Assembly: GCA_039024555.1 (NCBI GenBank)
Contig: JBCCQQ010000061.1
Span: forward strand, 1-37,846
Length of the DNA stretch: 37,846 nucleotides
Origin: Cyanobacteria bacterium P01_D01_bin.156
Lineage (GTDB): Bacteria; Cyanobacteriota; Cyanobacteriia; Phormidesmidales; Phormidesmidaceae
Reading direction: 5' to 3'
Position 1 is the first letter of the stretch, and each line of letters starts with the position of its first letter. The position numbers and the translations under genes were made by a program. The notes under the pieces were generated by a model. It worked only from the letters and a program-made list of their open reading frames with translations, ran no database searches and was not told the DNA's origin. Positions 9,251 to 20,542 of this stretch are shown here, one piece after another.

Positions 9251-12200
9251 TTAATTACCCCCTACCCGGGCAACATCTTTGATATTTGCTTCGAATGCAG
9301 CAGAGAGGGCATCATCACCGCTAAGACCTGACTGTAGTGCCTGACGTAGGGATTCAATTACCCGTTTGTAATCCCGGGGAATGACTTTAACAAACTTCGG
9401 TAAGTAAGTCTCCCAAGCATCCAACACAGTCTTAGCCTTGTGACTGTCTGTATAGCTGTGGTGTTTAGAAATCATCTCTTTGAGATCAGCAATTTCTTCT
9501 GCTTCTACCACCTGCTCAAGATCCACCATCTCTTGGTTACACCGGGTGGGGAAATCTCCGGTCTCATCTAGAACGTAGGCAATACCGCCGCTCATGCCCG
9601 CTGCAAAGTTGCGTCCGGTAGAGCCCAGCACGACTACCTTACCTCCGGTCATATATTCACAGCCATGGTCACCAACAGCTTCTACCACCGTATGGACACC
9701 GGAGTTACGCACGCAAAAACGCTCTCCGGCCATACCGTATATGTAGGCTTCACCACCGGTAGCTCCATAGAAGGCTACGTTACCAATGATGATGTTATCT
9801 TCAGGCGTGAATGTAGAAGCTTTAGGTGGATAAACAACAATTTTGCCGCCGCTGAGTCCTTTGCCTACATAGTCGTTGCCGTCCCCTTCTAGCTCTAGGG
9901 TGACACCTGCTGGAACAAATGCTCCAAAACTCTGGCCTGCACTCCCCTGAAATGTGAGATGAACGGTATCTTCTGGCAACCCTTCCCAATGTTTCTTGGT
10001 AATCTCGTTACCGAGAATTGTGCCGACTACTCGGTTAATGTTGCAGATTGGCAAGGTAGCGCTGACTTGCTTGCCGTCTTCAATCGCAGGCTTGCATAGC
10101 TCCAAGAGTGTAGTGATGTCCAAAGACTTCTCTAAACCATGATCCTGGGGAATTTGGCAATAGCGACCAACACTCTTATTGACTTGGGGCTGTTCCAAAA
10201 TCTTCGAGAGATCGACACCTTTGGCTTTCCAGTGACTAATAGCGGTTTTCACATTAAGCCAGTCGGTGTGTCCCACCAGCTCATCAAAGGTGCGTACACC
10301 TAGCTGGGCCATAATCTCCCGTACATCTTGAGCGATGAACTGCATAAAGTTCACCACATGCTCGGGATCACCTACAAAACTCTTGCGTAGCTGAGGATCT
10401 TGGGTGGCTATGCCTGCAGGGCAGGTGTTCTTCTGGCATACGCGCATCATAATGCAGCCTAGAGAAACCAGTGGTGCTGTGGAAAATCCAAATTCTTCAG
10501 CTCCGAGAAGCGCTGCCATTACTACATCTCGACCGGTTTTCATTTGGCCGTCGGTTTCTACAACAATGCGACTCCGCAGATTGTTGAGGACCAGGGTTTG
10601 GTGAGTCTCTGCCAGACCTAATTCCCAAGGTAACCCAGCGTGTTTAATTGAGGTTTGGGGCGAGGCACCAGTGCCTCCATCAAAACCAGAGACCAAAACC
10701 ACATCGGCATGGGCTTTGGCCACACCAGCAGCAATGGTGCCGACACCGACTTCAGACACTAGTTTGACGTTGATACGAGCCTCACGATTTGCATTCTTGA
10801 GGTCGTGAATTAGCTCAGCGAGATCTTCAATGGAGTAAATGTCGTGGTGCGGTGGTGGTGAGATCAAGCCCACGCCAGGGGTAGAGTGTCTTACTTTAGC
10901 AATCCAAGGATAGACTTTTTTGCCGGGTAACTGTCCCCCTTCACCAGGCTTGGCTCCTTGGGCCATCTTGATTTGAATCTCTTTGGCTTGAGAAAGATAG
11001 AGACTGGTAACACCAAACCTTCCAGAGGCGACCTGCTTGATAGCGCTATTTTTGGAATCACCCTGTTCATTGGTCCAGGTAAACCGTTCGGGATCTTCCC
11101 CCCCTTCGCCTGTATTAGACTTGCCGCCAATCCGATTCATTGCGATCGCAAGCGACTCATGGGCTTCTTTAGAAATTGAACCGTAGCTCATAGCGCCGGT
11201 TTTGAACCGTCGGGTAATCGCTTCGACAGGTTCTACCTCATCAATAGAGATAGGTTGGCGGTCCTTAAAGTCCAATAGACCGCGTAGGGTAAAGTGTTGC
11301 TTACTCTGATCGTTTACCAGATCTGCATAGTGCTTATAAGTGTCGTAATCCCCTGAACGTACTGCCTGCTGGAGAGTGTGGATCGTATCAGGATTGAAAA
11401 GATGAGCCTCACCCTCTTTACGCCATTGATAATTACCACCAACATCGAGTACTGGAATATCACCGCGTTCAGCAAAGCCGTGACCATGACGCAGCATTGC
11501 TTCCTGGGTGATCACATCTATGCCAATCCCCTCAATCCGGGAGGCAGTCCAGGTAAAGTACTTGTCGATAACACTTTGGTTGAGGCCGATGGCTTCAAAA
11601 ATTTGAGCCCCACGATAGCTTTGCAGTGTGGAAATACCAATCTTTGATGCAATCTTGATAGTGCCTTTGGTAACCGCTTTGATGTAGTTTTTGCAGGCAT
11701 CTTTTGGAGTAATATCCACCAACATGCCATCGGTGATCATCCCTTCTAAGGTTTCAAAGGCCAGATAAGGATTAATGGCGTTACAGCCATAGCCTAATAA
11801 AACAGCAAAGTGGTGAACTTCACGGGGTTCACCAGATTCAAGAATGATACCTACGCGGGTGCGAGTGCCAGTACGGATAAGATGATGATGCAGTCCAGAG
11901 ACGGCTAAGAGTGAAGGAATGGGAGCGTGACTCGCATCAATATCCCTATCTGACAGAATAATCAGATTAGTTCCAGACGCAATGGACTTATCCACTTGCT
12001 TAAAGATGTTTTCCATTGCCTGCTCTAGACCCTGAACTCCGGATTCGGGATCAAACAGTATCGGTAAACATAAGCTGGAAAAACCATCCTGCTCAATAGC
12101 TTTTAACTTCGCCAGTTCGTCATTGGTAATGACTGGAGTCTTGAGCTGGATCAAACGACAACTTTCTGGCTGAGGATCCAACAAGTTTCTTTCTGATCCC

Positions 12201-13837
12201 AAAGTTGTTACAGCTGAAGTAATAATCGCTTCGCGAATCGAATCAATGGGAGGATTTGTTACCTGGGCAAACAGTTGTTGAAAGTAGTCATAAAGAAGCT
12301 TTGGTCGATCCGACAACACCGCTAAGGGGGTGTCGGTACCCATGGAACCAATGGCTTCAACACCGTTTTGTGCCATGGGCGTTAACAATATTCGCAGCTC
12401 TTCAAAGGTGTACCCAAAGGTCATCTGCCGTTGTCGCAGTGTGGCATTGGCTACCTTTGCTCGTGGAGTTGCTGCAGGTAGTTGATCCAAACTGAGCTGA
12501 TACTGCTCAAGCCACTGTTGGTAGGGCTGAGCATTGACAATTTCTGACTTGACTTCTTCGTTACCAATAATGCGCCCAGCTGCCATGTCTACTAAGAACA
12601 TGCGCCCCGGTTGTAAACGCCCCTTTTCCAATACTTGGTCTGGCTCCACCGGTAGCACCCCAGCTTCTGATGCCATGATCACTCGGTCATCTTTAGTGAC
12701 GTAATATCGGGAAGGCCGTAAACCATTGCGATCCAGGACAGCTCCAATCATGCTGCCGTCGGTAAAGGCGACAGATGCGGGGCCATCCCAAGGCTCCATT
12801 AAACAGGCATGGTACTCATAGAAAGCTTTGTTGGTTTGGTCCATGGATTCGTTGCCTGTCCATGGTTCTGGGATCATCATCATGACTGCGTGAGGCAGGG
12901 AGCGACCGGCCAGAACCAGCAGTTCCAATGCGTTGTCAAAAATGGTGGAGTCGCTACCGTTGATATTGATAACTGGCTTAATTTTGGCCATATCGTCGCC
13001 AAACAGTTCGGACTCAAACATGGACTGTCGAGCCACCATCCAGTTGATGTTGCCGCGCAGAGTATTGATCTCACCGTTATGGGCGATGTAGCGATAGGGA
13101 TGAGACCGTTCCCAGCTGGGGAATGTGTTGGTACTGAAGCGTGAATGCACCAAGGATAAAGCGCTCTCAAAATCAGAATCACTTAGATCTGGAAAGAAAT
13201 CTCTTACCTGGGGAGGTGTCAGCATCCCCTTATAAACCATTGTCCGACAAGACAAACTGGCTGGATACCAGTAAGAATCATGACCTGACCGACCGATGGC
13301 GTTGTAAGCCAGTTTGCGAATTACATAAAGCTTGCGCTCAAAGGCGAGTTCATCCTGAATATCAGCCGATCGTTGGATGAAAACCTGCTGCATAAACGGT
13401 TCACTCGCCTGGGCTGTGGCCCCTAGGCTACTGTTGTCCGTGGGTACGTCTCGCCAACCGAGTACTTTTTGGCCCAATTCAGTAACAACGGCTTCGAATC
13501 GACGGCGACTTTCTTCCCTGATCTCCAGGTTGGGGGATGTAAAAATCAGTCCTGCTCCGTACTGACCCGGCTCAGGTAATTCAATCCCATTGCGGATAGC
13601 TACCTTGTGTAGAAAACGATGAGGCAGCTGTACCAATATGCCAGCACCGTCGCCCGTATTGACCTCACTACCACAGGCACCGCGGTGTTCTAAGTTGCAG
13701 AGTATCTGTAACCCTTGTTCGACAATGCTATGGGAGGCTACACCCTTCATCTGTACAACAAATCCCACGCCGCACGCATCGTGCTCAAATTGTGGATCGT
13801 ATAGACCCTGTTTAGCAGGCAATTGATGGCTAGTCAT
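9251..13837 (-). CDS. gltB: Glutamate synthase large subunit
   Basis: EHDACGVGF Ntn Cys, [36 protein letters not shown] 3Fe-4S motif and GXGXG domain. Confidence 0.98.
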   Translation of the reverse strand: MTSHQLPAKQGLYDPQFEHDACGVGFVVQMKGVASHSIVEQGLQILCNLEHRGACGSEVNTGDGAGILVQLPHRFLHKVAIRNGIELPEPGQYGAGLIFTSPNLEIREESRRRFEAVVTELGQKVLGWRDVPTDNSSLGATAQASEPFMQQVFIQRSADIQDELAFERKLYVIRKLAYNAIGRSGHDSYWYPASLSCRTMVYKGMLTPPQVRDFFPDLSDSDFESALSLVHSRFSTNTFPSWERSHPYRYIAHNGEINTLRGNINWMVARQSMFESELFGDDMAKIKPVININGSDSTIFDNALELLVLAGRSLPHAVMMMIPEPWTGNESMDQTNKAFYEYHACLMEPWDGPASVAFTDGSMIGAVLDRNGLRPSRYYVTKDDRVIMASEAGVLPVEPDQVLEKGRLQPGRMFLVDMAAGRIIGNEEVKSEIVNAQPYQQWLEQYQLSLDQLPAATPRAKVANATLRQRQMTFGYTFEELRILLTPMAQNGVEAIGSMGTDTPLAVLSDRPKLLYDYFQQLFAQVTNPPIDSIREAIITSAVTTLGSERNLLDPQPESCRLIQLKTPVITNDELAKLKAIEQDGFSSLCLPILFDPESGVQGLEQAMENIFKQVDKSIASGTNLIILSDRDIDASHAPIPSLLAVSGLHHHLIRTGTRTRVGIILESGEPREVHHFAVLLGYGCNAINPYLAFETLEGMITDGMLVDITPKDACKNYIKAVTKGTIKIASKIGISTLQSYRGAQIFEAIGLNQSVIDKYFTWTASRIEGIGIDVITQEAMLRHGHGFAERGDIPVLDVGGNYQWRKEGEAHLFNPDTIHTLQQAVRSGDYDTYKHYADLVNDQSKQHFTLRGLLDFKDRQPISIDEVEPVEAITRRFKTGAMSYGSISKEAHESLAIAMNRIGGKSNTGEGGEDPERFTWTNEQGDSKNSAIKQVASGRFGVTSLYLSQAKEIQIKMAQGAKPGEGGQLPGKKVYPWIAKVRHSTPGVGLISPPPHHDIYSIEDLAELIHDLKNANREARINVKLVSEVGVGTIAAGVAKAHADVVLVSGFDGGTGASPQTSIKHAGLPWELGLAETHQTLVLNNLRSRIVVETDGQMKTGRDVVMAALLGAEEFGFSTAPLVSLGCIMMRVCQKNTCPAGIATQDPQLRKSFVGDPEHVVNFMQFIAQDVREIMAQLGVRTFDELVGHTDWLNVKTAISHWKAKGVDLSKILEQPQVNKSVGRYCQIPQDHGLEKSLDITTLLELCKPAIEDGKQVSATLPICNINRVVGTILGNEITKKHWEGLPEDTVHLTFQGSAGQSFGAFVPAGVTLELEGDGNDYVGKGLSGGKIVVYPPKASTFTPEDNIIIGNVAFYGATGGEAYIYGMAGERFCVRNSGVHTVVEAVGDHGCEYMTGGKVVVLGSTGRNFAAGMSGGIAYVLDETGDFPTRCNQEMVDLEQVVEAEEIADLKEMISKHHSYTDSHKAKTVLDAWETYLPKFVKVIPRDYKRVIESLRQALQSGLSGDDALSAAFEANIKDVARVGGN

Positions 13838-14196
13838 AGGAGTGCTTTTCTGAAAGGCTCAAATATTGACAACGGTCCTGGAGAAATTAGCAAAGCCAAT
13901 CTTTAAGGAATTGACGATAGTAAAGCTGCTAATGACAGTGATCCAGGAGTGGCTAAAGGTGAGTTTTAATTCTCTAATGACAATAGCTTTTTGGGACAAT
14001 TCCTTAACAAAACTGTCAAATTGTTAAAAATACCCGTGCAAATTTAAGATCCAAAACTATGCGTCCTGGATTCTACAAGGACTGAGCAGTTGTCTGCACG
14101 AAGTCTGAAGAAATCTCGCTTACTAGCAGAATATTTAAGTTTTGATACGTAATGATCGATTTTGTATTGTTTTTTGTTGCACATCAACCTTTTGGT

Positions 14197-14238
14197 ATTT
14201 TGCTGGAAACTTTGCAACACAATAGTATCGCTAGTTAC
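14197..14238 (-). promoter_or_regulatory. NtcA site (14225-14238) with a -10-like CAAAAT 22 nt downstream toward gltB
   Basis: GTA-TCGCTAGT-TAC; on the minus strand CAAAAT (14202-14197) sits at the spacing of NtcA-activated promoters. Confidence 0.5.
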
Positions 14239-14269
14239 AGGGTCAGACTACTCTGGCCTAGGAAGCCCT

Positions 14270-14482
14270 ATGGAAACGCCTTCTCCTAAAGCGATCTATG
14301 AGAACCTAAATGATTTAGAAAAGGTTGATTTGGTAACAAGTGCCCGCTATCGTCAGCTTGCCCAGGCCGTGCTGGCGGATCCCACGATTGATGAGACGAT
14401 ACGACAAAACATTGCAGAGAGACTGGAGCGAGCAAATCACTTATTGGCCATTAATAGTGTTCAAGGTGATGAGAGTTATTGA
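14270..14482 (+). CDS. Small hypothetical protein (70 aa)
   Basis: ATG 14270 is preceded by AGGAAG. The sequence is helical and protein-like (METPSPKAIYENL...GDESY); the ORF-track N-terminal extension looks non-coding. Confidence 0.65.
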   Translation: METPSPKAIYENLNDLEKVDLVTSARYRQLAQAVLADPTIDETIRQNIAERLERANHLLAINSVQGDESY

Positions 14483-16596
14483 GGCAGTATAAGGCTCTCT
14501 TGGACCTCGGTATTATCTTCTGTGACGCTCTCTTCTTTGGGAGTACTTGCTGCTAGACCCAGTAACAGATCAATTTGAAACTGTTGTGCACTACTTGCAG
14601 TGGTTAGACTAAGGCTGCGAACTGTGCCGAGGTATCTACGCACATCAACTGCCCAGGGGTCAGTCGCTTGATGAAAGTCAAAAAGGGTGTAGAAAAACGA
14701 TAGCGTTGAACCCATGTTTATATAGAAATATCCATTGTTAGGCTTAGGAAAACTGTCTGTAGCATTGCGGAAGGTACTGTGGTTGTTCAGGGGATTAAAG
14801 CCAGCAGGAACCACTAAACGCTCCATTGCCCCAGTGCCTGTGGTGAACGCTAAGGTGTCTTCTGTGATCCAGGTATGGGCTAAAACGCTATCCATGGCTC
14901 CATCTAGATCGATATCGTATTGCCAATTGACAACGGGGCTATCGGCGACTGTGATGGGAATAACGGCATCTTCTCCAATCACGTCATCGAGAGCTTCTAG
15001 GGCTGTTTCAGCGGCTGGCCGATTACTGGTTTCGAGAATAACTCCAGCTTCTAATCCTAGGTTGGGGAAAAATGAGTTGAGCAACCCGGAGCGGCTGGGA
15101 AATAGAAATAGACTGTACTCTCCATCCATCCATCCTAAAATGTCCGTATCCAAGTCTAGTCCTGTGGCTAGAGAGACGATGGAGCGAGCAGTTTCCAATA
15201 GACCGCCACTAATATCACTTAGAGAAAAAGCGGATGATACATCATTCCAAAAGCCGCTGATATCGTAACCGCTGCCCATGACATAGGTGGCTGCAGGGAT
15301 AAGATTGAGGATCGAGTGATCTGCATTCGGAGAGGGGGGTAAAGTCGGTAAAGCGCCTTCTGTATATAAGTGTGCTTCGAGATGCATTCCTTGGGTGTCA
15401 GGATAAATGAGAGCATCAAAGGTGACCTGACTGAAGAGGGCGGACATGGCGGCCCGCTCTCGCAGGTTGGGTTGGGGAATCGGAGGCAGACCAAATTCTT
15501 GGAATGGATCGCTAAATTCAAAATTGAGCAGCTCACCAATATTTCCATAGACTGTGGCCAGACTATTTTGTGCTTGGGGATGGTTCTGGGTTTTTTCGAA
15601 GCTAGAATTGCTGCTTAGTTTTGGGGCATCTTGCGTTTGGAACTCAATCCACTGGCGCAGACTGTCCACATTCTGCGCCATGAGCATGTAGTTACCCAGG
15701 TGCGCAATGGCATAGCCTGGAATGGTGTATCCCTCATCTGAGTAAGTGTTGTTGGGATCGGGAATATATATGTACGGTGGTTCTGGCTGTCGGTAGGAAC
15801 GGGTGGCTGATAACTGGCTGGTTAAGCCAGTGGCGGTATCGGATGGCACTTCTTCTAGCTCAAAGTCTTCTTCGGGAAAACTTTCCCAGTCTTCCCATGA
15901 GTCGTCGTAAGGAACAAACTCTTCTGGCCAATGCCAGATAGGAAACGTTCGGTATGATAGCTGTTCAGGAAGGGCTCCACGGACTTCTGCCAACGTAGGA
16001 ATAAAGTCGAAAAACTCTATAGCACTTTCGATGGGCACAATGGTGACAGAGCGTTCTACCGGATTGATGGTGCGCACGCTAGGCACCGGTAGTAGTGCAA
16101 AAGCTATACTCTCTCCGATCCATGGCTGGACGTCTTCGGTGTAATCCATCCCTATAGGGAGGAGTGGTAGGGCCTGTGGACTAGGCTCTACGCCAAACCC
16201 CTCACTGAGTTGAGAGAAGAGAGTGTATTGTTTAAGAGTTGCCCAAGCCTCTTCACGAGTATTGACGATCATGGCTGCTGGTGTATTGCTAGGCAAAATA
16301 CTTGTGATTTTTGGAGGGGATGGAGCGGCTTTGGGTAATAACGCTTCTAAGGATGTTCTTAAGTCTGTTACATCTATAGCGGGTTCGATAGACCAGTCTT
16401 CAAAGGAGTCATCTGTTGTATTTTCGTCATGGGTATCAGGGGCGCTGACATCTGTAGGCACTGATTGCGGTTCGCTAATGTCTGAGGAGGGCTCCGCTGA
16501 TTCAGTCATGGATGGTTCTAGCGAGAGCTCTTGGGCAGCGAGAGGTGTTGCTAAAACTGCCAAGATAAAACCGGCTGTTCCCCATCGATTAATCAC
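14476..16596 (-). CDS. Exported DUF3352-like protein
   Basis: Signal peptide (…ATPLAA-QE), an acidic linker and DVQPWIGESIAFALL / DILGWMDGEYSL motifs typical of cyanobacterial DUF3352. Confidence 0.75.
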   Translation of the reverse strand: MINRWGTAGFILAVLATPLAAQELSLEPSMTESAEPSSDISEPQSVPTDVSAPDTHDENTTDDSFEDWSIEPAIDVTDLRTSLEALLPKAAPSPPKITSILPSNTPAAMIVNTREEAWATLKQYTLFSQLSEGFGVEPSPQALPLLPIGMDYTEDVQPWIGESIAFALLPVPSVRTINPVERSVTIVPIESAIEFFDFIPTLAEVRGALPEQLSYRTFPIWHWPEEFVPYDDSWEDWESFPEEDFELEEVPSDTATGLTSQLSATRSYRQPEPPYIYIPDPNNTYSDEGYTIPGYAIAHLGNYMLMAQNVDSLRQWIEFQTQDAPKLSSNSSFEKTQNHPQAQNSLATVYGNIGELLNFEFSDPFQEFGLPPIPQPNLRERAAMSALFSQVTFDALIYPDTQGMHLEAHLYTEGALPTLPPSPNADHSILNLIPAATYVMGSGYDISGFWNDVSSAFSLSDISGGLLETARSIVSLATGLDLDTDILGWMDGEYSLFLFPSRSGLLNSFFPNLGLEAGVILETSNRPAAETALEALDDVIGEDAVIPITVADSPVVNWQYDIDLDGAMDSVLAHTWITEDTLAFTTGTGAMERLVVPAGFNPLNNHSTFRNATDSFPKPNNGYFYINMGSTLSFFYTLFDFHQATDPWAVDVRRYLGTVRSLSLTTASSAQQFQIDLLLGLAASTPKEESVTEDNTEVQESLILPQ

Positions 16597-16830
16597 GAAT
16601 AAAGACTCCCTATGGCGAAAACTGAGTGATGTGGCGAAAATTAACCTATTAAGGGTAATTTATCTGGAATGTTTGAACTTATCTATGTATTTTTTGAACG
16701 TTACTGATGTTTGAGAGTATGTTTAGCTGTCATATTCGTCTATTGGCTCGTATGTCTGCTTCATTTTCTAGACTGAGGTGTCTCATTTTTCTACAGTTAT
16801 TAGTCTTCTGATTACGGGCTGCTGTTTACG

Positions 16831-16888
16831 GTTCGGTTTTAGGTTCGGATTGCCATCCCTGCCCTGATTCTGCTTTTCTCAGTACTAT
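16831..16888 (+). promoter_or_regulatory. K-box/Rre1-like GTTCGG motifs and -10 of htpX
   Basis: GTTCGG at 16831 and GTTCGG-ATTG-CCATCC at 16843-16858 (K-box consensus GTTCGG-NNAN-CCNNAC); TACTAT at 16883-16888. Confidence 0.5.
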
Positions 16889-16922
16889 AAGCGTAATGGC
16901 GAAATTAAAGGGTTGAGATTAT

Positions 16923-17786
16923 ATGAATCAGTTTAAAACTCTCGCATTGCTCAGTGTTCTGAGTGCTTTGCTGATTAGCATTAGCTATTACACCATTGGT
17001 GGTACTGGCGGCGTAATTTTGGGTGTTGCGATCGCAGCCATGACGAACCTCGGCTCATGGTTTTACTCCGATAAAATTGCCCTGGCAGCCCATCAAGCCC
17101 AGCCGGTCACCCAATCAGAAGAGCCCCAGCTATACGCCATGGTAGAGAAGCTAGCGGCCAAAGCTGATATTCCAGTGCCTGGGGTTTATCTTCTACCTAC
17201 CCAGTCTGCCAATGCCTTTGCCACCGGTCGTGACCCTGAGCATGCCGCTGTCGCCGTCACCCAAGGCATCATGAAAATGCTCACGAATGATGAGCTAGAG
17301 GCCGTTATTGCCCATGAACTCAGTCACATTATGAACCGCGACACGCTCACTCAGGCTGTGGCTGCGACGATTGCTGGTGCAATTGCGTTTCTAGCGCAGA
17401 TGCTCCAGTACTCGATGTGGTTTGGTGGCATGGGGGGCTCTCGTGATGACGATGGTCCTAACCCCATTGCCCTAATAGCCACGCTGTTTTTAGCGCCCAT
17501 GGCCGCTACAGTTATTCAGCTAGGCATCAGCCGTACCCGTGAATTTGCAGCGGATGCAGGTGCTGCTGAGCTTACTGGTAACCCCCGCGCCTTGGCCAGT
17601 GCTCTACAGCGTCTTGATGCAGCGGCTCGACAAATGCCTATGACGGGAAATCCTGCCTATGAGCCCCTGATGATTATGCATGCTGTACCCAAACAAATGT
17701 TTAGCGGCTTGTTTTCCACTCATCCATCTACTGAGAAGCGTGTAGAACGGTTGTTGGAATTGGAAAAAGAGCTAGTTGCTGCATAA
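16923..17786 (+). CDS. htpX: Zinc metalloprotease HtpX (M48)
   Basis: NAFATGR, HELSH, SRTREFAAD and FSTHP motifs. Confidence 0.95.
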   Translation: MNQFKTLALLSVLSALLISISYYTIGGTGGVILGVAIAAMTNLGSWFYSDKIALAAHQAQPVTQSEEPQLYAMVEKLAAKADIPVPGVYLLPTQSANAFATGRDPEHAAVAVTQGIMKMLTNDELEAVIAHELSHIMNRDTLTQAVAATIAGAIAFLAQMLQYSMWFGGMGGSRDDDGPNPIALIATLFLAPMAATVIQLGISRTREFAADAGAAELTGNPRALASALQRLDAAARQMPMTGNPAYEPLMIMHAVPKQMFSGLFSTHPSTEKRVERLLELEKELVAA

Positions 17787-17837
17787 CAAGACATGGAAAC
17801 TCTTCTAAGAGAGAAGAGTTGTTTCAGCTATTGTGCC

Positions 17838-17868
17838 ACCACCTCTGGTAAGTCGGAGGTGGTTTTTT
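17838..17868 (+). terminator. Rho-independent terminator of htpX
   Basis: ACCACCTCTGG-TAAG-TCGGAGGTGGT followed by TTTTT. Confidence 0.8.
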
Positions 17869-18009
17869 ATTACTATTCTCAAGACTTGATAGCCAGTAGC
17901 CTTGAGTATTGAGAGCATGAAGCTATAATGTCGCCACACCTAAGCATGATCCAACATTTACTCAACGTAACAACCTGTGAGTTCTCTATTGAGTCCTGAT
18001 AAATCTTTT

Positions 18010-18441
18010 ATGTCCAAACGCTTCTTATGGTTAACCTTTGATTTTGCCAGCTGCTTATCTACTTCAGAAGATACGGTGACGCCCCAGATATTTCTTACCT
18101 TGATGGCTCATCCGGCGATTAGCCAACTGAAACGCTTTACAACGCAGTCCCATACCCTAGGTCCCGACGATGTGACTCAGTGGGAACCCGGTATTTTTAC
18201 AGCCCAGGTCTATCGCCCTAACCTGTTGGAGGTCTTAACTCAGGTCTCATCTTGCTTATCTCCCCATTTATTTTCTGGAGATGCATCCCTGGCAGTCATT
18301 ACGGTCTACACTCAGCTGGGCAGCAAGCACTATCCTGTGGCCACTTGTCTTGAACCTGTGGCGTTGAACAGAACGGCTGAGGAGATTGAGGCTATGGTGA
18401 GCCAATACGAACAGAAACAGGCCACTGTTGCTGAACAATGA
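18010..18441 (+). CDS. Hypothetical protein
   Basis: Uninterrupted ORF filling the gap between htpX and infC; TATAAT upstream; alternative GTG start at 17977. Confidence 0.6.
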   Translation: MSKRFLWLTFDFASCLSTSEDTVTPQIFLTLMAHPAISQLKRFTTQSHTLGPDDVTQWEPGIFTAQVYRPNLLEVLTQVSSCLSPHLFSGDASLAVITVYTQLGSKHYPVATCLEPVALNRTAEEIEAMVSQYEQKQATVAEQ

Positions 18442-18466
18442 CCCGACAGTATTGTAAATGTCTCTT

Positions 18467-18952
18467 TTAAGCGGGCATGAGTTGCAGTACTAGTGCTCTG
18501 CGGTCAAAAGATTGAATTTTACCAGCTTCTTTGAGATCCTTCACAATCCGCTCCAGCAATTCAAGGGCTCTGTCCCTATGCTGATGTTCTCGGCCCCGAA
18601 GACGGACACGGAATTTGACCGAATCCCCTTTACCCAACCACTGGGTCGCCTGATTGATGCGCAGTTGGTAGTCTGATTCTCCCACGTTAGGTCGAAATTT
18701 AACTTCCTTAACTGTTGTACGTGCGCTCTGTTTCTGACGTTTTTTCTGCTGATATTGAAACTTACCGTAGTCTAAAATTTTGGCCACAGGGGCCTGCTTA
18801 CTTTCAGAAACTAGAACCAAATCTAGCTCCACTTCTTCAGCCAATTTCAGTGCATCGCGGGTGTCCGTCAGACCACGATTGTTGTTCTCGTGATCAATTA
18901 ATAACACCTGAGGTGCCTTAATCTGGCGGTTAATCCGATGTTTCTGTACGAT
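18467..18952 (-). CDS. infC: Translation initiation factor IF-3 (second-copy type) with a non-canonical ATC start
   Basis: The frame extends past GTG 18907 through the IF3 motif HRINRQIKAPQVLLID to ATC 18952. AGAGGG lies 8 nt upstream, an in-frame TAA is at 18973-18971, and there is no ATG/GTG/TTG in between. Confidence 0.9.
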   Translation of the reverse strand: MVQKHRINRQIKAPQVLLIDHENNNRGLTDTRDALKLAEEVELDLVLVSESKQAPVAKILDYGKFQYQQKKRQKQSARTTVKEVKFRPNVGESDYQLRINQATQWLGKGDSVKFRVRLRGREHQHRDRALELLERIVKDLKEAGKIQSFDRRALVLQLMPA

Positions 18953-19216
18953 AGCTCTTTCCCTCTTGACTTAGAACGCGACAGGACTAAATGGACAATG
19001 CTGTTGACTGCAGAGACACTAAACACGTGACCGCCATACGATCCCATTGTTCGTTGTCTTTAGCTTCAACAACTAAATGAATTTCCTAATCGTAGCTTAC
19101 CGTTTTAACAATGAAACGTAACTACAGTAATGATTGTAATTCTGTAAAGAATAATCACTCTAACTTATATCGATTCCGGAAAATTCAAGCTGGGGGATAG
19201 TCTTATAGTGCCAATT

Positions 19217-19888
19217 TTATTCAGGATCTATACGACGGTGTACCTCGTCAATGAAGCTTATTACTTCTGATTCTGCTGCCGAATCTGTTGCCCAGGTGTG
19301 GATAGACGGTAGCCCTTGCACGGCTGCTATAAACGGCTGAGCTGCGTTTGTTATCTGGATTTGATATGTAACAAATCGCAATGCTACGGGAGCGTAGACT
19401 ACATCGGCTATCGAGAACTCTCCAAACAGCCAGGGTCCGCCATAGGTTTGGTAGGCTTCTGACCACATATTCTCAACCCGTGCGATTTCCTGTTGAGTAT
19501 CAGGGTTAAGGGTCGTGCGTTCTACTGGAGTGCGGGCACGAATATTTTGGGGAAGTTGTTCGCGAATGCCAAAGAGTCCACTGTGCATTTCTCCGGCGAT
19601 TGAACGGGCTGTCGCCTCAGCTCGTTGATTACTGGGCCAGCCGATGGCTTGGGGATGACGCGATCGCACGTAGCCATAGATTGCGCTCGTATCCCAAATG
19701 GCCACATCCCCATCGAGTAATACAGGGACTCTTTGTGCTGGAGTGTACTGACTAATCTGCTGCCATGCTTCCGTAAACAGGGGTAAGCGGACCTCCTCAA
19801 AGGACAGACCGCTTTCCCTTAAAAATAACCAGGCTCGGAGGGACCAAGACGAGTAATTTTTATTGCCGATGATTAACTTGAAGCCCAT
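19217..19888 (-). CDS. Glutathione S-transferase family protein
   Basis: IGNKNYSSWSLRAW, RVPVL and FSIADVVYAP motifs. Confidence 0.92.
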   Translation of the reverse strand: MGFKLIIGNKNYSSWSLRAWLFLRESGLSFEEVRLPLFTEAWQQISQYTPAQRVPVLLDGDVAIWDTSAIYGYVRSRHPQAIGWPSNQRAEATARSIAGEMHSGLFGIREQLPQNIRARTPVERTTLNPDTQQEIARVENMWSEAYQTYGGPWLFGEFSIADVVYAPVALRFVTYQIQITNAAQPFIAAVQGLPSIHTWATDSAAESEVISFIDEVHRRIDPE

Positions 19889-19957
19889 AGTGAGTGTTTG
19901 CCTTTTCTAGGAAAATGCTACTATCCATAAGCAAATTCGACAGAGATTCTAATTTCT

Positions 19958-20314
19958 ATGGCGCTCCAGGTGTATGGCATTCCTAACTGCGGTACCTGTA
20001 AAAAGGCTCTGAAATGGTTAGATGCAAACAGTGTGGATTACGATTTTATCAATACTAAAGAGCAGTCCCCTAGCCGTGATCAAATTGCTGACTGGGTAGC
20101 CTCATTAACGGCCCGGCCGATGCGAAATACGTCTGGTATGGCCTATCGTGCTCTGGGAGAGGAGAAGAAAACCTGGAGTGATGAGCAGTGGATCGAAGCC
20201 TTTTCTGGAGATGCCATGCTGCTCAAACGTCCCCTGTTTATAAAAGATGGTCAAGCTGTCTTAGTGGGGTTTCGTGCCAGTGAAGCAGAATTACAAGAAA
20301 AGTTAGTAGGTTAG
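19958..20314 (+). CDS. ArsC/Spx/MgsR-family thioredoxin-fold protein
   Basis: YGIPNCGTCKKA (CxxC), NTSG and LLKRP motifs. Confidence 0.9.
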   Translation: MALQVYGIPNCGTCKKALKWLDANSVDYDFINTKEQSPSRDQIADWVASLTARPMRNTSGMAYRALGEEKKTWSDEQWIEAFSGDAMLLKRPLFIKDGQAVLVGFRASEAELQEKLVG

Positions 20315-20332
20315 CCGTAAAGGAGCCATCTA

Positions 20333-20521
20333 ATGGGAGAAGCTAAACGCAGACAGGAAAGTGATCCCAACTATGGGAAAGTGCCTCAGAAGCGTCCTAA
20401 GAAAAAGCGCTTCAGCTTAAATTTAGATCCCAAACAGGTTTCGCCCATTGAGTGGGTTATCTGGGCAGTGTTGTTTGGTACTGCAGCAGCTACGTTTGCT
20501 GGAAGTTACTTTTGGCAGTAG
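20333..20521 (+). CDS. Small membrane protein (MGEAKRR N-terminus, DUF2839-like)
   Basis: AAGGAG RBS, basic N-terminus and a C-terminal TM helix. Confidence 0.75.
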   Translation: MGEAKRRQESDPNYGKVPQKRPKKKRFSLNLDPKQVSPIEWVIWAVLFGTAAATFAGSYFWQ

Positions 20522-20542
20522 GTTTTTTTGTCCTTCATACCT

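Noticed and set aside
7827..13826. Numerous short ORFs overlapping gltD/gltB (likewise those inside glgA, amt, DUF3352, the Fe-S gene, devB and the secreted protein)
   Set aside because: They are antisense or out-of-frame shadows of well-supported long genes.
19118..19149. Four GTAA repeats upstream of the infC promoter as an RpaB HLR1 site
   Set aside because: The period is 9/9/8 nt rather than the 10-nt HLR1 spacing.
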